Shown piece by piece: positions 59,520 to 64,000 of a DNA stretch of 64,000 bases. Within the stretch, counting starts at the first letter, position 1; every line of letters starts with the position of its first letter. The notes under the pieces are model-generated. The model made no database searches and had not been told where the DNA came from. It was given only the letters and a program-made list of their open reading frames with translations. The DNA comes from an uncultured Pelobacter sp. (GTDB lineage Bacteria; Desulfobacterota; Desulfuromonadia; Geobacterales; Pseudopelobacteraceae): the NCBI GenBank assembly GCA_964542535.1, contig CAZIUE010000010.1:82937-146936 (forward strand), in the 5' to 3' direction. The translations under genes were made by a program, and so were the position numbers.

Positions 59520-60041
59520 TTACTGGCGGTGCCGGTAGCTGCCGTCCGGGTCGTCTCCATACCGTTTCAGGCCGAACAGAAAATGCCGGTAATCCACGGT
59601 ACCGTCATGTATCAGCGGATGGGTAATCTGCGCCAGGGGAGCGCACGGCGCATGGCCGTACAGGACGCCGGGGGGCACGTTTCTGGTTACGACGCTTCCG
59701 GCGGTCACCACCGCCCCTTCGCCAATGGTTACGTCATTGAGGATGATGCAGCCGGGGCCGATGTACGCGTTATTCCCGATGCATACCTTGCCGGCTTTTT
59801 CGTGCGTTCGGTATCCCCCCAGGTAGAAATGGGCGAATATGGTGCATCTGAGCCCTATTATGACGTTGTCTCCGATGGCCACGTTTTCGGGGTGGAGCTC
59901 GTCTATGTACACGTACTGGCTTATCCAGACCCCGGAGCCGATCCGGACTCCCCGTTTCCTGTGCAGCCATGGCCGCAGCGAGTAGCCGCCCGGAACGACC
60001 ATGGCCAGCTTGCCGAGCAATCGTTTCTGAAGTGCCATCAT
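59520..60041 (-). CDS. hexapeptide-repeat (LbH) acyltransferase
   Basis: IGSGVWI, IGDNVIIG, IGNNAYIG, IGEGAVV.AGSVV..NVP. Confidence 0.85.
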   Translation of the reverse strand: MMALQKRLLGKLAMVVPGGYSLRPWLHRKRGVRIGSGVWISQYVYIDELHPENVAIGDNVIIGLRCTIFAHFYLGGYRTHEKAGKVCIGNNAYIGPGCIILNDVTIGEGAVVTAGSVVTRNVPPGVLYGHAPCAPLAQITHPLIHDGTVDYRHFLFGLKRYGDDPDGSYRHRQ

Positions 60042-60100
60042 GGTGAACTCTCCGCTGAACACTCCCCGCGTTGACTGAGATGAGTCGAAGCCGCTCCCGG

Positions 60101-61657
60101 TCAGGGTAAATCGAACAGTTCACGGCAGGCGGAACGGTTAATTTTGCCGTTCGCGTTCTTTGGCAGCGCTGTAACGAATCTGATATCCGTGGGAAGCTTG
60201 TGCCTGGGCAGTGCCCGCATGCACCGCGCAAGCACGCTTTTGGGATCGGTGCTCCCGTCGATGGGAGCGACCAGGGCTACGAGCCGTGTTCCCAGAAGGA
60301 AATCCTCGACGCCGATCACGGCCGTTTCCATGACCAGTTCAGTGGCCATGAGTGCGTCTTCGATCTCTTGGATGCTGATGCGATGACCTCCCACCTTCAG
60401 CAGGTCGTTCCTGCGGCCGGTCACGTACAGGTACCCCTCTTCGTCCATGAATCCCATGTCGCCGGTATGGTAGCCGTTTATATCCAGGACGTGGGAGCTG
60501 CCTGTGTCATCCATCCAGTACCCCAGCATGATGTTGGGGCCCTGGGCAACCAGTTCGCCGGTGGTCCCGCACGGCACCTCGTTCCCCTGTTCATCCAGGA
60601 TCCGGATACAGACCCCCTGGATGGGCTTGCCGATGGATTCGATTTTGTTCCTCAGCCGTTCCGGCTCCACATAGGTCAGGCGTGCCGCGGCCTCCGTGGC
60701 TCCGTACATGATGTACAGCTTCGTATGGGATGGCAGCACCTGCAACAGCCTCTCCTTGAGCTGGCGGGACATGTGCCCGCCCGCCTGAGAACAGTAGCGG
60801 AGTGCCGGGAGTTTGTCCTGGAACAGGGCCAGCGGTGATCTGTGCAGAAGGTAGGCATAGGTGGAGGGGACTCCTGAGAAGCCGGTGACGCGCTCTTTCG
60901 CCATTTGCTCGATAACGCAGGCCGGAAAGGCAAAGCGGTTGTTGACGACAACTGTGCCGGCAACGGCAACATGGGTATTGAGGAGTGAGGCGCCCATGAC
61001 ATAGAAGAAAGGCAGAACCACCATCTGAATGTCATCATCACTCAGGTGCAGGTACTGGATGATGGCACTGGTATTGGAGGAGATGTTCCGGTGGGACAGC
61101 ATGACCCCCTTGGGCTTTCCCGTGGAGCCTGAGGTGTAGACGATGCTGGCCAGCGATGAGTCAGCCAAGGATAGTCCCGGGTTGTCGGTCGCTCTCCCGC
61201 GAATTACATCCTGCCAGGCATGGACGTGGTCCGTAGAGGCTTTCCGGCCGGGCTCCGGCCGGGAGAGCAGCTGGCTGACTCCCTCCGCGGCAGCGGTCTC
61301 GCGGAGAGTTCTTTCAAGTTTTCCGCTGGCCAGAATCGCCCGGGGGCGGATTTCCCGCAGCAGGGCATCCAGGCTGTCCGTCCCCGTGTCGCAGTTCAGG
61401 GGGACCGCGGCGGCGCCCACCTTGAGTGCGCCGTAGTAGCTGACGACATATTCCAGGCTGTTTCTGAACAGGATCAGGATTCTGTCGCCGACGGAGACCC
61501 CCTGGTTCAGCAGCCATGATGCCAGCTCGTTGGCCATGGTGTTGAGCCGTGCGTATGTCGTGCGCGTTTCTTCATGGATGAGGGCTGTTTTGTCCGGATG
61601 TGCCGTGGCGCTGGCTTCCAGAAACTCGTGGACTAGTGGTCGTGTCTGGTTGTTCAT
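60101..61657 (-). CDS. class I adenylate-forming enzyme (AMP-dependent ligase)
   Basis: YTSGSTGKPKG, MYGATE, TGD, GR..D..K.GG, LPK.ANGK. Confidence 0.9.
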   Translation of the reverse strand: MNNQTRPLVHEFLEASATAHPDKTALIHEETRTTYARLNTMANELASWLLNQGVSVGDRILILFRNSLEYVVSYYGALKVGAAAVPLNCDTGTDSLDALLREIRPRAILASGKLERTLRETAAAEGVSQLLSRPEPGRKASTDHVHAWQDVIRGRATDNPGLSLADSSLASIVYTSGSTGKPKGVMLSHRNISSNTSAIIQYLHLSDDDIQMVVLPFFYVMGASLLNTHVAVAGTVVVNNRFAFPACVIEQMAKERVTGFSGVPSTYAYLLHRSPLALFQDKLPALRYCSQAGGHMSRQLKERLLQVLPSHTKLYIMYGATEAAARLTYVEPERLRNKIESIGKPIQGVCIRILDEQGNEVPCGTTGELVAQGPNIMLGYWMDDTGSSHVLDINGYHTGDMGFMDEEGYLYVTGRRNDLLKVGGHRISIQEIEDALMATELVMETAVIGVEDFLLGTRLVALVAPIDGSTDPKSVLARCMRALPRHKLPTDIRFVTALPKNANGKINRSACRELFDLP

Positions 61658-61728
61658 GGGGGCACCTCCGCGTGGTGCTGGCATACTTTTACGGCCGGCC
61701 CGGTTCGGGCTGACCTGTTCGTACAGCC

Positions 61729-63771
61729 CTATCGTTCTCTCATCCCGTTGCCTGGTCGCCTCGGGATATTTACGATGCGGGGGGAACCGGTGGTCGCGTC
61801 GATTATTCTGTCCGGCTCCAGCGCGTCGGTTCCCCGAGCGGGATTCGCATCCACGAACTGCTGATGGAGGATCTGGGTGGAGAGTATGCCGATCAGGGCC
61901 ATGTTCTGTGCTTCGGTCGTGAACCCGTTGGCTTGCCCGCGGTACCTGGCGAAGAGGCTGCCGACACGGTTGACGTTGAAGTAGCCGCTCTGTTTCAGCT
62001 GTGCCGCCGATAACAGGGCGTTCACATAACCGCCGTCCGGCTCCGTATGGAGGGAAAACAGCTCGCGCACGGGCGCCCGGTACGGTTGCTTGGGACGCCT
62101 CGTAATCTGCCAGGGGAGTAGCTCCTGGAATGCTTTCTTGAGGATGTACTTTTCGTTCAGCCCTTTCAGTTTCCAGGTTCCGGGCAGTCTCAGGGAAAAA
62201 TCGATCAGCCTGAAATCCAGGAAGGGGTGGCGCGCCTCCACCGAGTGGGCCATTGCCACCCTGTCCCCCTGGCTGGAGAGGAGGTAGGTGGAGAGAAAGA
62301 GCTCCATTTCGAGTTCCTGAGCCCGCGACAGCAGGTCTTGCTCGGAAAAGCCGGGCGGCAGGCCGCGGTTCAGCTCTTCGATGGGATCGTAGCCGTCCAG
62401 CGCATCCATGAGGTCGTCGGAGAAAAAAACCATGTTTTTTCGGCTGTTGTTCCAGCGCGGCATGTGCGAGAAGAGCGGATCTTTCAGCTGCTCCTCGCTG
62501 ACGGAGAAGAAGCTTTGCAGGTAGTGTTTGACGCGCGAAGGATTGTCAAACACATAGGGATAGAGTCGTTGCAGCAGCAGCGGTCGCCAGGTTGATGCGG
62601 GCTGTTTTGCCCAGAAGGCGCGCACCTTGGCCTCTTTGAACAGGTTGTAGCCGCCAAAGAGCTCGTCCGCTCCCTCGCCGCAGAGCACGACCTTGAACCC
62701 TTCGGCCTGTACCCGTCGCGACAGGAGCAAGAGCGGCACCGGCGCCGTGCGCAGCAACGGTGATTCACAGTGCCAGATGGTCTGGGGCAGGAAACGGAGG
62801 ATCTGTCCGTTGTCAATCAGTTCTCTGCGGTGATCGACGCCGATCGTGCGAATCAATTCGTCCTGAAAGGAGGTCTCGTCGAAGGAGGTTTCCTGGAAGC
62901 CCATGGAAAAGGTCGTTAGCCGGTCACCGGTATGCCTGGCGGCGAGCGCGGTGATAATGGAGGAATCCAGACCTCCGCTCAGGTAGGCTCCCACCGGGAC
63001 ATCAGCCCGCAGCCGTATCCTCACGGCATCGTCAAGCAAGTCCCGAAGCTCATCCACCGCATCATCCAGCGAGCGGTTCCGCACTTGGTCCGGGGCGTAC
63101 TGGGTCAGACGCCAGTATGGCTGGGGAGTGGTCGGGACATCCCTGACCAGCATGCAGTGCCCTGGCGGAAGTTCCCGGATATCCCTGAAGACGGTTCTTC
63201 CCGGCAGGGTTGACCAGAAGGTAAAAACTTGGGCAAGCGCCCGGGGCTCCAGCGGGCGCGCACCGTCAGCGGCGAGAATCGCCTTGATCTCCGACGCGAA
63301 GAGAAACCTTCCCCCGGAAAAGGTGTAGTAGAGCGGCCGGATGCCGATCCTGTCCCTGGCCAGGAACAGTTTTTGGCCGCGGGAATCCCAGATGGCCAAT
63401 GAAAACTGTCCGTTGATCCTGTGCAGACAGTCGGCTCCCTGCTCTTCGTACAGGTGCAGCACCACTTCCGTGTCGGTTTCCGTAGAAAATCGGTGTCCTC
63501 GCTTTCGTAGTTCCTCCCTTAGCTCGACGTAGTTGAAGGCTTCTCCGTTGTAGACTATCCAGAGCGTACCGTCTTCGTTGCCGATGGGTTGCGTGCCGCC
63601 GGGAATGCCGATGATGCTTAACCGCAGATTGCCGAGGGCGGCGCGTCCGTCCAGGTATATCCCGGTTTCGTCCGGGCCACGGTGCCGCATGGGCGAGAGC
63701 ATCATCATGACCTGCTCCAGGGGTGGCGAGGCATGCCCCGCAAGATGCAGTATTCCCCCTATGCCGCACAT
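61729..63771 (-). CDS. asnB: asparagine synthase (glutamine-hydrolysing) family amidotransferase
   Basis: N-terminal MCGI, HRGPD, YNGE, LSGGLDSS, GEGADE.FGGY, E.R.PFLD. Confidence 0.92.
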   Translation of the reverse strand: MCGIGGILHLAGHASPPLEQVMMMLSPMRHRGPDETGIYLDGRAALGNLRLSIIGIPGGTQPIGNEDGTLWIVYNGEAFNYVELREELRKRGHRFSTETDTEVVLHLYEEQGADCLHRINGQFSLAIWDSRGQKLFLARDRIGIRPLYYTFSGGRFLFASEIKAILAADGARPLEPRALAQVFTFWSTLPGRTVFRDIRELPPGHCMLVRDVPTTPQPYWRLTQYAPDQVRNRSLDDAVDELRDLLDDAVRIRLRADVPVGAYLSGGLDSSIITALAARHTGDRLTTFSMGFQETSFDETSFQDELIRTIGVDHRRELIDNGQILRFLPQTIWHCESPLLRTAPVPLLLLSRRVQAEGFKVVLCGEGADELFGGYNLFKEAKVRAFWAKQPASTWRPLLLQRLYPYVFDNPSRVKHYLQSFFSVSEEQLKDPLFSHMPRWNNSRKNMVFFSDDLMDALDGYDPIEELNRGLPPGFSEQDLLSRAQELEMELFLSTYLLSSQGDRVAMAHSVEARHPFLDFRLIDFSLRLPGTWKLKGLNEKYILKKAFQELLPWQITRRPKQPYRAPVRELFSLHTEPDGGYVNALLSAAQLKQSGYFNVNRVGSLFARYRGQANGFTTEAQNMALIGILSTQILHQQFVDANPARGTDALEPDRIIDATTGSPRIVNIPRRPGNGMRER

Positions 63772-63816
63772 AGCCCCTCTCCTTGCGGTGCATCCGCCGT
63801 GGGCGTTGTTTGCCTG

Positions 63817-64000
63817 CTATAGTCGCCGGTACAGACCGGAGGGCAGGGTACTCATCAGGCAGGCTATCAGCCGGTACCATGCCGGAATGTAGGCGACCCG
63901 TTTCCTGTGTTCGATCGCCCCGCAGATCTGTCGGGCGGCGGTATCAACGGGCGTGACGAGCAGGCTGTTCCTTTTCGACGTCAGTGACGTGGCGACAAAC
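63817..64000 (-). CDS. C-terminal part of an SDR family oxidoreductase (5' truncated)
   Basis: Hand translation FVATSLT...DTAARQIC.AIE.RKRVAYIP.WYRLI..LM..LP..LY; TAG at 63817-63819. Confidence 0.65.
   Translation of the reverse strand, partial: FVATSLTSKRNSLLVTPVDTAARQICGAIEHRKRVAYIPAWYRLIACLMSTLPSGLYRRL

Overview
A ~65% GC chromosomal window from a Geobacteraceae-like deltaproteobacterium (inferred from gene content and the GEMM-Ib riboswitch). From 1 to 44.2 kb it is mostly housekeeping and accessory genes: srkA, a J-domain protein, glycerate kinase, dus, slyD/slyX, tpx, copA, lpxH, a PBP, hflX, fabI, trmB, tonB and cbiA. In that stretch a ybhGFSR-type ABC exporter operon is split by a ~9.3 kb signalling block (NarX/NarL-type pair, PAS-GGDEF-degenerate EAL, CheB/CheR-histidine kinase). 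From ~44.3 kb the DNA is visibly more AT-rich. It carries a tandem c-AMP-GMP + c-di-GMP riboswitch leader ahead of two secreted proteins (an FN3 protein lacking strand A, and a beta-helix protein ending in a lone FN3 strand A). These converge on a Wzx/Wzy exopolysaccharide cluster with an ACP / AMP-ligase / AsnB / NadE-like / GNAT tailoring cassette. No CRISPR array, rRNA, tRNA, integrase or transposase was seen. All calls come from reading motifs by eye; no searches were run.
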